Part shown: piece by piece, positions 9,729 to 19,671 of the stretch
Layout: every line of letters starts with the position of its first letter
Numbering within the stretch: the first letter of the stretch is position 1
Source: an uncultured delta proteobacterium
GTDB lineage: Bacteria > Myxococcota_A > UBA9160 > SZUA-336
DNA length: 64,000 nt
Assembly (NCBI GenBank): GCA_963704165.1
Contig: CAVPHD010000004.1
Span: forward strand, 32,001-96,000
Direction: 5' to 3'
Notes under the pieces: model-generated
The model's database searches: none
Seen by the model: only the letters and a program-made list of their open reading frames with translations
Told to the model about the DNA's origin: nothing
Position numbers and translations under genes: made by a program

Positions 9729-10664
9729 ATGCCGCTCGATCCGCAGGCGCGGCAGATCCTCGATCTCCTGGCCGCGGTCGGAATGCCGGATCCGTGGACG
9801 ATCGATCCGGCGGTCTTCCGCGCGCAGGTCCGCGAGATGCGCGGGGTCGCGCAGACGGTTTCGATCGGCAGCGTCGAGGACCGCGAAGTCCCCGGGCCCG
9901 CGGGAGCGATCCCCGTTCGCGTCTACGCGCCGCTCGAGTGCGAGTCGGGCCCGCTGCCGGTGCTCGCCTTCTTCCACGGCGGTGGCTTCGTGATCGGCGA
10001 TCTCGATTCGCACGACGGCATCTGCCGCGAGCTCGCGAACGCCGCGCGCTGCGCGGTCGTGTCGGTGGACTACCGCCTCGCGCCGGAGGCGAAGTACCCG
10101 GCGGCGGCCGAGGACTGCTACGCCGCCACCTGCTGGATCGCCGCGAACGCCACCGATCTGGGATTCGACGCGTCGCGCATCGCGGTCGGCGGCGACAGCG
10201 CGGGCGGAAATCTCGCCGCCGTCACGGCGCTTCTCGCACGCGACCGGAGCGGGCCGCGACTCGTGCACCAGCTCCTCGTCTATCCGGTGGCGGACTGCGC
10301 CTTCGACACCGCCTCCTATCGCGAGAACGCCGAGGGATTCTTCCTGACCCGCGAGATGATGCGCTGGTTCTGGCACCACTATCTCGAGAAGCCCGAGCAC
10401 GCGGCCGACCCGTACGCCTCGCCGCTCCGCGCCGCGACGCTCGTCGGTGTCGCTCCCGCGACGGTGATCACGGCCGAGTACGACCCGCTCCGCGACGAGG
10501 GCGAGGCCTACGCCGAACGGCTGCGAGACGCCGGCGTGTCGACCTCACTCACGCGCTACGACGGAGTGATCCACGGCTTCTTCGGCATGGGCGACGCGAT
10601 CGACAAGGCCCGGCTCGCGATCGCGCAGGCCGCCGCCGAGCTGCGGCTGGCGTTCGCGAGATAG
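9729..10664 (+). CDS. Alpha/beta hydrolase (HSL-type esterase/lipase)
   Basis: HGGGF, GDSAGG, DPLRDEG, HGF motifs. Confidence 0.92.
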   Translation: MPLDPQARQILDLLAAVGMPDPWTIDPAVFRAQVREMRGVAQTVSIGSVEDREVPGPAGAIPVRVYAPLECESGPLPVLAFFHGGGFVIGDLDSHDGICRELANAARCAVVSVDYRLAPEAKYPAAAEDCYAATCWIAANATDLGFDASRIAVGGDSAGGNLAAVTALLARDRSGPRLVHQLLVYPVADCAFDTASYRENAEGFFLTREMMRWFWHHYLEKPEHAADPYASPLRAATLVGVAPATVITAEYDPLRDEGEAYAERLRDAGVSTSLTRYDGVIHGFFGMGDAIDKARLAIAQAAAELRLAFAR

Positions 10665-10680
10665 GCGCGCGCAAGCCGCG

Positions 10681-11259
10681 CTACCGCGGGACGAGCGGCT
10701 GCACCACCTCGCAGAACTCCTCGATCGGCTTCACCTGGATCTCGCCCGGACCCCGGCTGGCGTGACGGACGGTGAAGATCGGCTCGGTCTCGGCCGTTCC
10801 CGCGAAGTTCGCGGCAAGTCGATCGGAGAACGGGATCTCGGGCGTGAAGAGCATCACCGTCACCTGCGCGGGCGAGAGCAGAGCGGTGATGCGCACGTCC
10901 TCGGCGCCGCCGACCCAGTAGCAGTCCATCGTGCGCCCGCGGACGTCGGCCCCGGGATACTTGACGAGCTCGATCGCCTGAATCACGCCGAGTCGGACGA
11001 TGATGTCGACGGGCTGCTGCTTCGGCCACCAGCTCAGGTACGGGTCGAACCAGTGCCGCGCGATGTGATTGCGCTCCTCGGCGTCGAGCGGGAGCATCTC
11101 CGCGGTGACGTCGAGGACGGTCTCCTTCCACGTTCCGTCGGGTTTCTTCGCCTTGAAGCGGTCGAGGAACTTCTCGCGCGTCGCGTTCGCGTTCAGGACG
11201 AGGTCGAGCTTCCGCATGAAGCTCCCCTTCGAGACATTTCCCACCATCGGTCCGGGCAT
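10681..11259 (-). CDS. Hypothetical protein
   Basis: Protein-like composition; 15 nt downstream of the STAND regulator stop. Confidence 0.7.
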   Translation of the reverse strand: MPGPMVGNVSKGSFMRKLDLVLNANATREKFLDRFKAKKPDGTWKETVLDVTAEMLPLDAEERNHIARHWFDPYLSWWPKQQPVDIIVRLGVIQAIELVKYPGADVRGRTMDCYWVGGAEDVRITALLSPAQVTVMLFTPEIPFSDRLAANFAGTAETEPIFTVRHASRGPGEIQVKPIEEFCEVVQPLVPR

Positions 11260-11274
11260 CCCTGAGTTCTCCTT

Positions 11275-14200
11275 CTAGACTGCAAGCGATTCGACCAACC
11301 TCTGCGCCTCCTTGGCGAGAGGTCGGAGTGCGAGTTCGCTCGCGATCGAGGCCGCTTCGGCGAGGTCCGCGGCCGCGCGCGGCGCGTCGCGGCCGGCGAG
11401 CAGTCCCGCCCGGCCGACGAGGGAGAGCGCGAGCTCGATCCTCGCGGGCGCGGCGCGCGACGTCGCGATGGCGCGCTCGTACCCGAGCTCGGCCTCGTCG
11501 ACTCGTCCCGTCGCGGCCGCGCAGCCGGCGAGAAGCCTCGGGATCGACTGCACCCAGCCGGCGGTGAAGACGACGCCGTGGTCGTCGGCGAGCCGCAGCA
11601 TCCGCTCGCAGCCCGTCGTGAGCTCCGGCGCGCCGACGCGAAGGGCGGTCTCGACCAGCGCGCAGAGCGGCGCGAGCAGGTGGATGTCGCTTGGCGCCGC
11701 GCAGGCCAGCTTCAGCAGGTTGGCGAGTCTCGGCAGCTCGACCGACGCCGGATCGCGCAGCGCCGCGACGAGCTCCCGATACGAGGCGACGACGAGCTGG
11801 ATCAGGGGCGCGGGCGCGTCGAAGATCGGGCCCTTGGCGGCGAGCATCGCGAGACTCGTCTCGGCCTCTCGCCACGCGCCGCGGTGGGCATCGGCGCACG
11901 CGCGTGCGCCGACGACCAGCGGGCCGCCCCATGGGTAGCGAGAGCGTTGGATGGCGAGCAACGCCGCGCGCGAGGTGGTCTCGACCGCCTCGAAGTTCCC
12001 GCGCGCGACGTGGAGGCACGCCTGCTGCGAGAGGACCAGCGAGAGATCCATCAGGTTCTGGGCTCCGCGCGCGAGTCGCTCCGCTTCTTCGGCGGTCTCG
12101 ATCCCCTCGTCGAGCCGCCCCAGATGGAGCAGCCCGAGAGAGATGCGCGTGGCCGCGAAGCTGGCGAGCCACGAGTCGCGCGCCCGGCGCGCGTGGGCGA
12201 GCTCGCCGCGCCAACCCTCGATCGCGTCGCGGACCTTCATCAGCGAGAAGCGCGCCAGCGCGAGCCCCATCGACGCCTGGCGGCAGACGGCGTCGTCGTC
12301 GATCCGGCGTCCCATTCCGAGCGCGCGCTCCGCGTAGGCCTCCGCGCGCGCGGCGTCCCCGGCCGTCCAGCAGGCCTCCGAGAGCGTCTCGAGGATCAGA
12401 GCGCTGATCGCCGGCTGCTCGTCGGAGAGCTTCATGCCGAGCTCCGTCAGCCCGCCGACATCGACGGGCTCGCCGTACTCCGCCCCGGAGCTCGTGATCT
12501 GCGCCCGGAGCAGCAGCATGAGCACGCGCGCCCGTCCGGAGTCGTCGCCGATCCGCGCGAAGAGCTCGGCTGCGTTCGTGAGGTGACGCCGGCACGACTC
12601 CGCGTCGGTGTCGCGGTTCGCGGCGACTCCGGCGCGGAAGTGCAGCGCTGCGCGCTCGGCGGGGGGCAGCACCTCCGTCGCGCGGGTCGCGGCGTCGTAG
12701 AAGCGCGCGGCATCGCGCCACGCACAGATGGCGAAGGCCTGGTCGGCGGCGCGGCGCGCGTAGTCGAGCAGGCGCTTCTGGTCGATCCCGCTACCGGCGA
12801 GGATCAAGTGATGCGCGATCTCGAGCGCGTGCTCGCCCGTGGCGCTCGCATACAGATCCTCGAGGACGTCCGCGAGATCGCCGTGGATCTCTTCGCGCTC
12901 GGCGGGGAGCATGGAGTCGAGCAGAACCTCGCGCACGAGCGGGTGCGCGAAGCGGAAGCTGCGGCGCTCGCCGGTGAGAACGCCCGCGTCGACGGCTTCG
13001 GAGACCGCCGCCGCGATCGCTTCGGCGCTCATGCGGCAGGCGGCTCCGAGCGCAAGCAGACCGAAGCGATCGCCGATCATCGCTGCGACCGTGAGGACGG
13101 CTCGGGTACGGCTGCGCAGGCTCCCGATCCGGGAGCCAAGCGCACCACGCAGCTCTGTCGGCCGAGGAAGGGAAGATCCGGCCGCTCTGCTGCCGCGTCC
13201 GCGCCTGGCCGCGCGAACTCGCGGTCTACCCTGGCCGCCCTCACGGATACATTCGCGAATGAAGAGCGGATTCCCGCCGGTGGCCGCTGCAATCTGCCTC
13301 GCTCCGCGTGCGGGAAGAGACGCGACACCCAGACACTCCGCGAGTTCGCGGACCTCATCGACGTCGAGGCCGCCGAGATCGAGCCGATCGCAGATCGACT
13401 CGCGCTCCAGTTCCTCGACCGCGCGCGCGATCCGATCATCGTCCGTCGGCGGACGCAGCGTCGCGACCAGAAGCAGCGGCAGTGGTCCCGTGGTTCGGGC
13501 ATCGGACATCGCGCCGACGAGATGGCCGAGCAGGTCGAGCGACGCGGCATCCGCGCAGTGCAGATCCTCGATCACGAGCACGAGTGGGCGGCGCTGCGCG
13601 AGCTGCTCGAAGACGCGGTAGATCGCGGTGAAGAGCTCCGCGCGTCTGCGTTCCCCGCTCGAGGTCTCCGCGTCCAGCACCGATGGGGCCGCGTCGGAGT
13701 CGGGTTGCAGCAGCCGGCGAACGATGCCCAGATCGCCGCCGAGCAGACGATCCAACGTCTCGTCGTTCTGCAGCAGCCACTGACTCAGCGCCTCGACGAA
13801 GGGCAGATACGGCAGAGAGGCCTCGACCTGGCAGCGTCCGGTGATGACTTCGAAGTCGTCACAGGCCGGCTCGCGTTCGAGCTGCTCGATCAGTCGCGTC
13901 TTGCCGATTCCGGCCTCGCCGACGACGAGTGCGACACGCGGCCGGCCACCGGCGACCTCGACGACCCGGTCGATCAACCAATCCAGCTCGCGCGCTCGGC
14001 CGACGAGCGCCGGCAGCTCGGGGAGACTCCGCGCGCCGGACGCATCGCGCCCGTGGACCGACGTCGGAGCGACCTCGCGATTGCGCACCCGGGCGGCGAA
14101 GCGATAGCCGCGGCGCCGCAAGGTCCGGATCACTTGCTGGCGCGCGCCGTCGTCGCCGATCGCACGGCGCAGATCCTTGAGCGCGCTCGAGAGGGCGGTC

Positions 14201-14400
14201 TCGCTGACGAACACGTCCGGCCAGAGCTGCTCCAGCAGCTCCCGCTTGGGCACCGCGCGCGTGCGGTGCTGGGCCAGGTAGATCAGGAGCGCGAGAGGCT
14301 TCGGTGCCACCTCGACGTACTGGCCGGCGCGGCGCAAGACGCCCCGCTCACAGTCGAGCTGGAAGTCCCCGAACGAAATGCTGAGACCGGCCGCCTTCAC
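11275..14400 (-). CDS. STAND-type regulator: OmpR-like wHTH + AAA ATPase + TPR-like helical region
   Basis: FGDFQLD...LLEQLWPDVFVSETAL...IRTLRRRGYRF; Walker A GEAGIGKT; Walker B LVIEDLH; GGNPLF; start chosen at GTG 14400. Confidence 0.85.
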   Translation of the reverse strand: MKAAGLSISFGDFQLDCERGVLRRAGQYVEVAPKPLALLIYLAQHRTRAVPKRELLEQLWPDVFVSETALSSALKDLRRAIGDDGARQQVIRTLRRRGYRFAARVRNREVAPTSVHGRDASGARSLPELPALVGRARELDWLIDRVVEVAGGRPRVALVVGEAGIGKTRLIEQLEREPACDDFEVITGRCQVEASLPYLPFVEALSQWLLQNDETLDRLLGGDLGIVRRLLQPDSDAAPSVLDAETSSGERRRAELFTAIYRVFEQLAQRRPLVLVIEDLHCADAASLDLLGHLVGAMSDARTTGPLPLLLVATLRPPTDDDRIARAVEELERESICDRLDLGGLDVDEVRELAECLGVASLPARGARQIAAATGGNPLFIRECIREGGQGRPRVRAARRGRGSRAAGSSLPRPTELRGALGSRIGSLRSRTRAVLTVAAMIGDRFGLLALGAACRMSAEAIAAAVSEAVDAGVLTGERRSFRFAHPLVREVLLDSMLPAEREEIHGDLADVLEDLYASATGEHALEIAHHLILAGSGIDQKRLLDYARRAADQAFAICAWRDAARFYDAATRATEVLPPAERAALHFRAGVAANRDTDAESCRRHLTNAAELFARIGDDSGRARVLMLLLRAQITSSGAEYGEPVDVGGLTELGMKLSDEQPAISALILETLSEACWTAGDAARAEAYAERALGMGRRIDDDAVCRQASMGLALARFSLMKVRDAIEGWRGELAHARRARDSWLASFAATRISLGLLHLGRLDEGIETAEEAERLARGAQNLMDLSLVLSQQACLHVARGNFEAVETTSRAALLAIQRSRYPWGGPLVVGARACADAHRGAWREAETSLAMLAAKGPIFDAPAPLIQLVVASYRELVAALRDPASVELPRLANLLKLACAAPSDIHLLAPLCALVETALRVGAPELTTGCERMLRLADDHGVVFTAGWVQSIPRLLAGCAAATGRVDEAELGYERAIATSRAAPARIELALSLVGRAGLLAGRDAPRAAADLAEAASIASELALRPLAKEAQRLVESLAV

Positions 14401-14693
14401 ACCCCCCGCCCCGGCGCGGAAGCCGCCGACCGACGAGTCGGTCCGGGGCACCGCCCGATGGATTTTCGCACGAGAGGGCCGTGTCTGCCGATTGAGAAAT
14501 GCTGGAATCGGACTCCTCACGGGCACGGATGAACACGGTAGCGAGGCTCGGACCACTGAACTTGGGAGCAACTTGGGATCTCGTCTCGCGAGCGAGGATC
14601 GAGTGAATTCCCACGAAGAGCCCAAGTCGCGGCGTCGACGCGCCGCTACGGTCGATCCCCAGTGGGTTTCGTCCACTCGAGCACGGGGGGTCG

Positions 14694-14918
14694 ATGAAGT
14701 CGGAAGTCAGGCAGTACTGCCTTCGCCTTCCCAGTCAGGTCTACGTCGATGTCGTCGATCTGGCGGGGATGTTTGATTTGAGCGCCAACGAGTTCCTGCT
14801 CACGGCGGTCCGCGAGTACGTCGAGATGCAGCTTCGCCAGGAACCGGCTCGCACCGCGATCGCGAAGCTGCGCGAAGCGCGTCAGGTGCACCAAGGTCGA
14901 CGAATGGCGGCGAGCTGA
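14694..14918 (+). CDS. Small protein, probable ribbon-helix-helix DNA-binding fold
   Basis: QYCLRLP strand followed by helices ...LSANEFLLTAVREYV. Confidence 0.55.
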   Translation: MKSEVRQYCLRLPSQVYVDVVDLAGMFDLSANEFLLTAVREYVEMQLRQEPARTAIAKLREARQVHQGRRMAAS

Positions 14919-14945
14919 TCGCTCGCAGCCGTCGCGCGGACACGC

Positions 14946-15395
14946 TCAGCCGCCGTAGGCCTTCCGGTAGTCGACGCTGAGCCAGCGCTCGGGGCGCATC
15001 CGCACGACGATGCTGCCGTCGGTCTCGTCGCTCGCGCCGGTGGCCTTGATGTAGGCGTCGCCGCCTTCCGTGCCGAGGTAGCGGCGGGCCAACACTCGTG
15101 TGTGTCGTTCGACCTCGGCCCGCTCGAGCGCGACGATCGGGCCCTCGACCGACACGTACTCGTAGGGCGGCGTTTCCGTCTGCGCGCACAGGCTGAAGCG
15201 GTCGGCCTTCATCAGGAGCTTGCCCTTGCGCGACTCCCGGTCCGTGACGATCCAGAGCTCGCCGCCGGGCTCGTACCCGTACCAGATCGGCACCGTGAGC
15301 GGGCCGCGGTCGCCGTCGGCGATGCTGATCACGCCCACGCGCACCGCGGCCAGGAACTTCTCGCGCTCGGCGCGCGACATCGCGAGTGAAGCCAT
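14946..15395 (-). CDS. Pyridoxamine 5'-phosphate oxidase-like (PPOX, possibly F420-binding) protein
   Basis: GPLTVPIWY...SRKG...YVSVEG...RPERW. Confidence 0.8.
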   Translation of the reverse strand: MASLAMSRAEREKFLAAVRVGVISIADGDRGPLTVPIWYGYEPGGELWIVTDRESRKGKLLMKADRFSLCAQTETPPYEYVSVEGPIVALERAEVERHTRVLARRYLGTEGGDAYIKATGASDETDGSIVVRMRPERWLSVDYRKAYGG

Positions 15396-15416
15396 CCGAA
15401 TTCTTCCTTGTCGGGA

Positions 15417-16505
15417 TCAGCCGTCGAAAACGACGACGCTGCGGGCGGCGGCGCCCTTGCGCATCTCATCGAAGGCGTGGTTGATCCGGTCGAGCGGGAG
15501 CCGCGCCGAGATCATCTCGTCGAGCTTGAGCTGTCCGGAGAGGTAGAAGTCGACGTAACGCGGCATGTCGGTGCGGAAGCGGTTGTCGCCCATCATCGAC
15601 CCGATCACCTTCTTGCCGCTCAGCACGAGGTCGAGTCCGGGCAGCTCGATCGTCTGGCCGATCGGAACGACGCCGACCATGATCGCGCTGCCGCCCTTCT
15701 TGATCATGCCGAACGCCTGCGCGGCGGTCTGCTTCGAGCCGAGACACTCGAACGAGTAGTCGACGCCGCCCGGAATCAGGCCGTGCAGCTGCATCAGCGC
15801 GTCGCCCTCCTTCGCGTTCAACCCGTCCGTCGCTCCGAGGGATTTCGCGAGCTCGAGCTTCCACTCCATGGTGTCGACGGCGACGATCCGGCTCGCACCG
15901 GCGATCCGGCAGCCCTGGATCGCCGCCAGGCCGACGCCCCCGCAGCCGATCACGACACAGGTACTGCCGGCCGGGATGTGGGCGGTGTTCAGCACGGCAC
16001 CGAGACCCGTCGTCACGCCGCAGCCGATCAGCGCGGCGCGGTCGAGCGGCATGTCCTTGCGGATCTTCACGATCGCGTTCTCGTGCACGAGCATCTGCTC
16101 GGCGAACGACGCGAGGTGCGCGAACTGGTTGATCGCCTCGGCCCCCTTCGAGAGCCGCGAGGGCTCATCGGCCTTTCGCATCGTCGCGGCGCCGCCGCAG
16201 AGATTGGGTTTGCCGGAGAGGCAGAACTCGCAATTCCCGCAGAACACCGAGAGGCAGCCGATCACGTGGTCGCCGGGAACGACGTGCGTCACGTCCGCGC
16301 CGACGGCCTCGACGACGCCCGCCGGCTCATGGCCGAGCACGAGCGGTGGCGGCACGGGCAGTCCCGCCTCGATCACGTGCAGGTCGCTGTGACAGACACC
16401 GGTCGCCACCGTGCGCACGAGCACCTCGCGCGGTCCGGGCTTGCTGACCTCGATATCCTCGAGCTGTAGCGGCGCATTGAATGCGCGCATGACGGCGGCC
16501 TTCAT
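15417..16505 (-). CDS. Zn-dependent alcohol dehydrogenase (class III-like)
   Basis: GVCHSD, GHEPAG, CGNCEFC...C, GCGVTTG, GCGGVG. Confidence 0.92.
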   Translation of the reverse strand: MKAAVMRAFNAPLQLEDIEVSKPGPREVLVRTVATGVCHSDLHVIEAGLPVPPPLVLGHEPAGVVEAVGADVTHVVPGDHVIGCLSVFCGNCEFCLSGKPNLCGGAATMRKADEPSRLSKGAEAINQFAHLASFAEQMLVHENAIVKIRKDMPLDRAALIGCGVTTGLGAVLNTAHIPAGSTCVVIGCGGVGLAAIQGCRIAGASRIVAVDTMEWKLELAKSLGATDGLNAKEGDALMQLHGLIPGGVDYSFECLGSKQTAAQAFGMIKKGGSAIMVGVVPIGQTIELPGLDLVLSGKKVIGSMMGDNRFRTDMPRYVDFYLSGQLKLDEMISARLPLDRINHAFDEMRKGAAARSVVVFDG

Positions 16506-16566
16506 CGGGGGCTCCTTCGATCGTCGGTGTGACCCTGAGTCTCTCACGTCGTGGTACAAAACCGAA

Positions 16567-17403
16567 ATGCGAGACCTGGCAGGCAAGGTGGCGGTGGTGA
16601 CCGGTGGGGGAAGCGGGATCGGCGCCGCGCTCGCGCGTGCGCTCGCGAGCGAAGGCATGGATCTGGTCGTCGCCGACATCCAGGCGGACGCCGCCGAGAG
16701 GGTCGCGTCGGAGCTTCGCGCGATCGGGCGTCGTGCGCTCGCGCTGGAGGTCGACGTCTCGAGCGGCGAATCGGTCGAGGCCCTGGCTTCGCGTACGTTC
16801 GCCGAGTTCGGCGCCTGTCACGTGCTCTGCAACAACGCGGGCGTGCTGGTGATGGGCGGTCTCGAGTCGCGCACGCGCAAGGACTGGGAGTGGGTGCTCG
16901 GCGTGAATCTTTGGGGCGTCGTCAACGGGGTGCTCGCGTTCGTGCCGAGAATGCTCGCGACGCCCGGCGAGAAGCAGATCGTGAACACGGGTTCGACGTC
17001 GGGAATCATGGCCGCGCCGGGGGTGGGCGTGTACGGGACCGCGAAGTACGGCGTCGTCGGGCTCTCGGAGCATCTGCGTCACGACCTGGCGCGCCACGGA
17101 ATCGGAGTCTCGGTGCTCTGCCCCGGTGGCGTGCAGACGAACATCCTGCGCAGCGAGCGCAATCGTCCGGCGGATCTGGGCAAGTCGAAGGTCTCGCGCG
17201 AGGACGTCGAGCTCATGATCGGCCGCGGCCCCCTGCACCCCGACGAGATGCAGCCACCCGAGGCGATCGCCGCGGCCGTCGTCGAGGGCATTCGCGCGAA
17301 CGACGCCTTCATCGTCACGCATGCGCACTACCGCGCATCGGTCGAGGCGCGCCACGTGGAGCTGATGCGCGCGTTCGACAAGGCCGAAGCGAGGAAGCGC
17401 TAG
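16567..17403 (+). CDS. SDR-family oxidoreductase
   Basis: TGGGSGIG, NNAG, YGTAK. Confidence 0.9.
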   Translation: MRDLAGKVAVVTGGGSGIGAALARALASEGMDLVVADIQADAAERVASELRAIGRRALALEVDVSSGESVEALASRTFAEFGACHVLCNNAGVLVMGGLESRTRKDWEWVLGVNLWGVVNGVLAFVPRMLATPGEKQIVNTGSTSGIMAAPGVGVYGTAKYGVVGLSEHLRHDLARHGIGVSVLCPGGVQTNILRSERNRPADLGKSKVSREDVELMIGRGPLHPDEMQPPEAIAAAVVEGIRANDAFIVTHAHYRASVEARHVELMRAFDKAEARKR

Positions 17404-17470
17404 TCCGGAGCGACGCGCGCGAGCCCTTCGCGCGCCGCCGCCGGATCGGCCGGCGCGAAGCCCCTCGACG

Positions 17471-18481
17471 TCAATCGGGCGTGGAACCCATCAGCCGGTC
17501 CGCGAGCCAGCGACGCTGCTCCATGGCATCTCCGTACGCGGGCCGCGAGCTCTGCGCGCGCTTCAGATACAGGTGCGCGTCGCAGTCGAGCGTGAAGCCG
17601 AAGCCGCCGTGCAGCTGTACCGCGCGCGAGGCCGCGAAGACGTACACCTCGCAGGCGTGCGCCTTCGCCATCCGCGCGAGCGTCTCGGCGTCCGCAGCGT
17701 CGGAGTCGAGCGCGGTCGCGGCCGCGTACACGAGCGAGCGCAGGCTCTCCACGCCGATCAGCACGTTCACCAGCGGGTGCTTCACCGCCTGAAAGGACCC
17801 GATCGGTTTTCCGAACTGCTCTCGCGTCGCGGCGTAGGCGGAGGTCAGCGCGAGCAGTGCGTCGGCGCCGCCCGCCATCTCGGCCGCGAGCGCGACGCGG
17901 GCGCGGGCCGCCAGGCGATCCGACGGGGGACCGACCTCGAGAGCTACGCCGCGACGGGTCACGCGCGCGCTTCGGCGCGTCCGGTCGAGAACGATCTCGG
18001 GCTCGGTCGCGAATCCGCCCGCGCTCCGCTCGATGACTTCGAGCCCGTCGCGAGAGGGGACGACCAGCGCGTCGGCGTGCTCCGCTCCCCAGACCGATGC
18101 GGACCTCGCGTACACCGCGCGGATCTCGCCCGAGACGATCCCGGGCAGGAACTTCTCGCGCTGCGCCTCGCTGCCGTCGAGCACGAGCGCGAGCGCGGCG
18201 AGCGTCGACGGGAGGAGCGGCGAGGGCAGGAGCCTTCGCCCCGTCTCTTCCATCAACACCGCCAGGTCGGTCGCGCCGAGCTCCGCGCCGCCGAACTTCT
18301 CGGGAACGACGAGCCCGAGCCAGCCGAGTCCGGCGAGCGCCTTCCAATCCGAGAAGTCCTCCCCGGCGTCCGTCTCGGCCAGGCTGCGCACGCGCGCGAT
18401 CGGAAAGCGCTCGTCGAGCCAGCGCCGCGCCTCGGCGCGAAGCAGCGCGTGCTCCTCCGCGTAGCGAAGCTGCGGATTCAT
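17471..18481 (-). CDS. Acyl-CoA dehydrogenase family protein (partner subunit)
   Basis: REQFGKPIGSFQAVKH and QLHGGFGFT; overlaps the upstream ACAD gene. Confidence 0.9.
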   Translation of the reverse strand: MNPQLRYAEEHALLRAEARRWLDERFPIARVRSLAETDAGEDFSDWKALAGLGWLGLVVPEKFGGAELGATDLAVLMEETGRRLLPSPLLPSTLAALALVLDGSEAQREKFLPGIVSGEIRAVYARSASVWGAEHADALVVPSRDGLEVIERSAGGFATEPEIVLDRTRRSARVTRRGVALEVGPPSDRLAARARVALAAEMAGGADALLALTSAYAATREQFGKPIGSFQAVKHPLVNVLIGVESLRSLVYAAATALDSDAADAETLARMAKAHACEVYVFAASRAVQLHGGFGFTLDCDAHLYLKRAQSSRPAYGDAMEQRRWLADRLMGSTPD

Positions 18482-19671
18482 CGCGTCTTCGGGAGCCCGA
18501 GCACCCGTTCCCCGAGGATGTTGCGCAGGATCTCGCTGGTGCCGCCCGCGATCGTCCCCGCGAACGAGTTCAGGTACGAGCGCTGCCACGCCGAGCTCTC
18601 GATCGCGCCGGGATCGCCGAGCCAGAGCGCGGCCGCGTCTCCCTCGAGCTCGCAGGCGAAGTCGGAGAGCGCCTGCACGTGCTCCGTCCCGGTGACCTTC
18701 TGCATCAGCGGCAGCGCGTCGGGTCGATCCGAGACGAGCCCGGGAATCCGCGAGCGCTGGGAGTTCGCGCGCAACGCGGTCTCCCGGATCCAGAAATCCG
18801 CGAGCCGGTCGCGCACGATCGGATCGGCGTCGCGCTTCAGCGCGCGCGCGAGCTCGAGCACGCGCGCGACCTGCTCGGAGGCTCCACCGGATCCTCCCGC
18901 GGAGCCCTCGGCCGCACCGCGCTCGAAGAGCAGCGTCGCGGTGGCGATCTCCCAGCCCTGACCCTCGCGGCCGAGGAGCGCGTCCGATGGGATTCGAACC
19001 TGGTCCCAGATCACCTGGTTGAAGCCGCCCTCACCGGTCATCTTGATCAGCGGCTGCACGTCGATGCCGGCGATCTTCATCGGCGCGAGGAAGAACGAGA
19101 TGCCAGCGTGCTTCGCGGCGTCCGGATCGGTCCGCGCGAGCAGAATGCACCAATCGGCGTAGCGCCCGAGGGTGGTCCAGACCTTGTGGCCCTCGATCCG
19201 CCACGAATCCCCCGATCGCGTCGCCTTCGTGCGCAGCGAGGCCAGGTCGCTGCCCGCGCCGGGCTCGCTGAATCCCTGACACCAGATTGCGTCAGCGCGC
19301 AGGAGCGGCGGAATCAGCTGCTTCTTCTGGGCCTCGGTGCCGAAGCGCAGGATCACCGGCCCGGCCCAGGAGAGCCCGACCGTGTTCAGCAGAAACGGCG
19401 CGCCGGCCCGTGCGATCTCCTGGTCGATCACGCGCTGCGCGCCGCGCTCGCGCCCGAAGCCGCCGTACTCGCTCGGCCACTCCGCACCGACGTAGCCGGC
19501 GTCGTAGAGCTTCTGCTGCCAGGCGCGAAGCCAGTGGAACTGCCGGTCCTCGGCGACTTCGAGCACGCCCTGGGGCAGCTTGAAGCCGGGATCACCCGGG
19601 TGATTCGCGGCGATCCAGGCTCGGACCTCCGCGCGCAGCGCGTCCATCGGGTCGGATCGGCCGACGCTCAA
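18478..19671 (-). CDS. Acyl-CoA dehydrogenase family protein
   Basis: WCQGFSEPGAGSDLASL, GHKVWT, TIAGGTSEI. Confidence 0.92.
   Translation of the reverse strand: MSVGRSDPMDALRAEVRAWIAANHPGDPGFKLPQGVLEVAEDRQFHWLRAWQQKLYDAGYVGAEWPSEYGGFGRERGAQRVIDQEIARAGAPFLLNTVGLSWAGPVILRFGTEAQKKQLIPPLLRADAIWCQGFSEPGAGSDLASLRTKATRSGDSWRIEGHKVWTTLGRYADWCILLARTDPDAAKHAGISFFLAPMKIAGIDVQPLIKMTGEGGFNQVIWDQVRIPSDALLGREGQGWEIATATLLFERGAAEGSAGGSGGASEQVARVLELARALKRDADPIVRDRLADFWIRETALRANSQRSRIPGLVSDRPDALPLMQKVTGTEHVQALSDFACELEGDAAALWLGDPGAIESSAWQRSYLNSFAGTIAGGTSEILRNILGERVLGLPKTR

Noticed and set aside
8937..10664. Apparent 575-aa enoyl-CoA hydratase-esterase fusion
   Set aside because: One extra base near 9345 shifts the frame. 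The true hydratase C-terminus is in another frame and stops at 9723, and the esterase has its own ATG at 9729.
11578..14532. Long antisense or alternate-frame ORFs (also 3046-5310, 40309-42762, 44645-47302 and many others)
   Set aside because: They are Arg/Ala/Pro-rich shadows of real genes, expected at this GC content, and carry no recognisable motifs.
17471..19671. Paired acyl-CoA dehydrogenases as a novel system
   Set aside because: Adjacent heteromeric ACAD pairs are well known from steroid and lipid catabolism.
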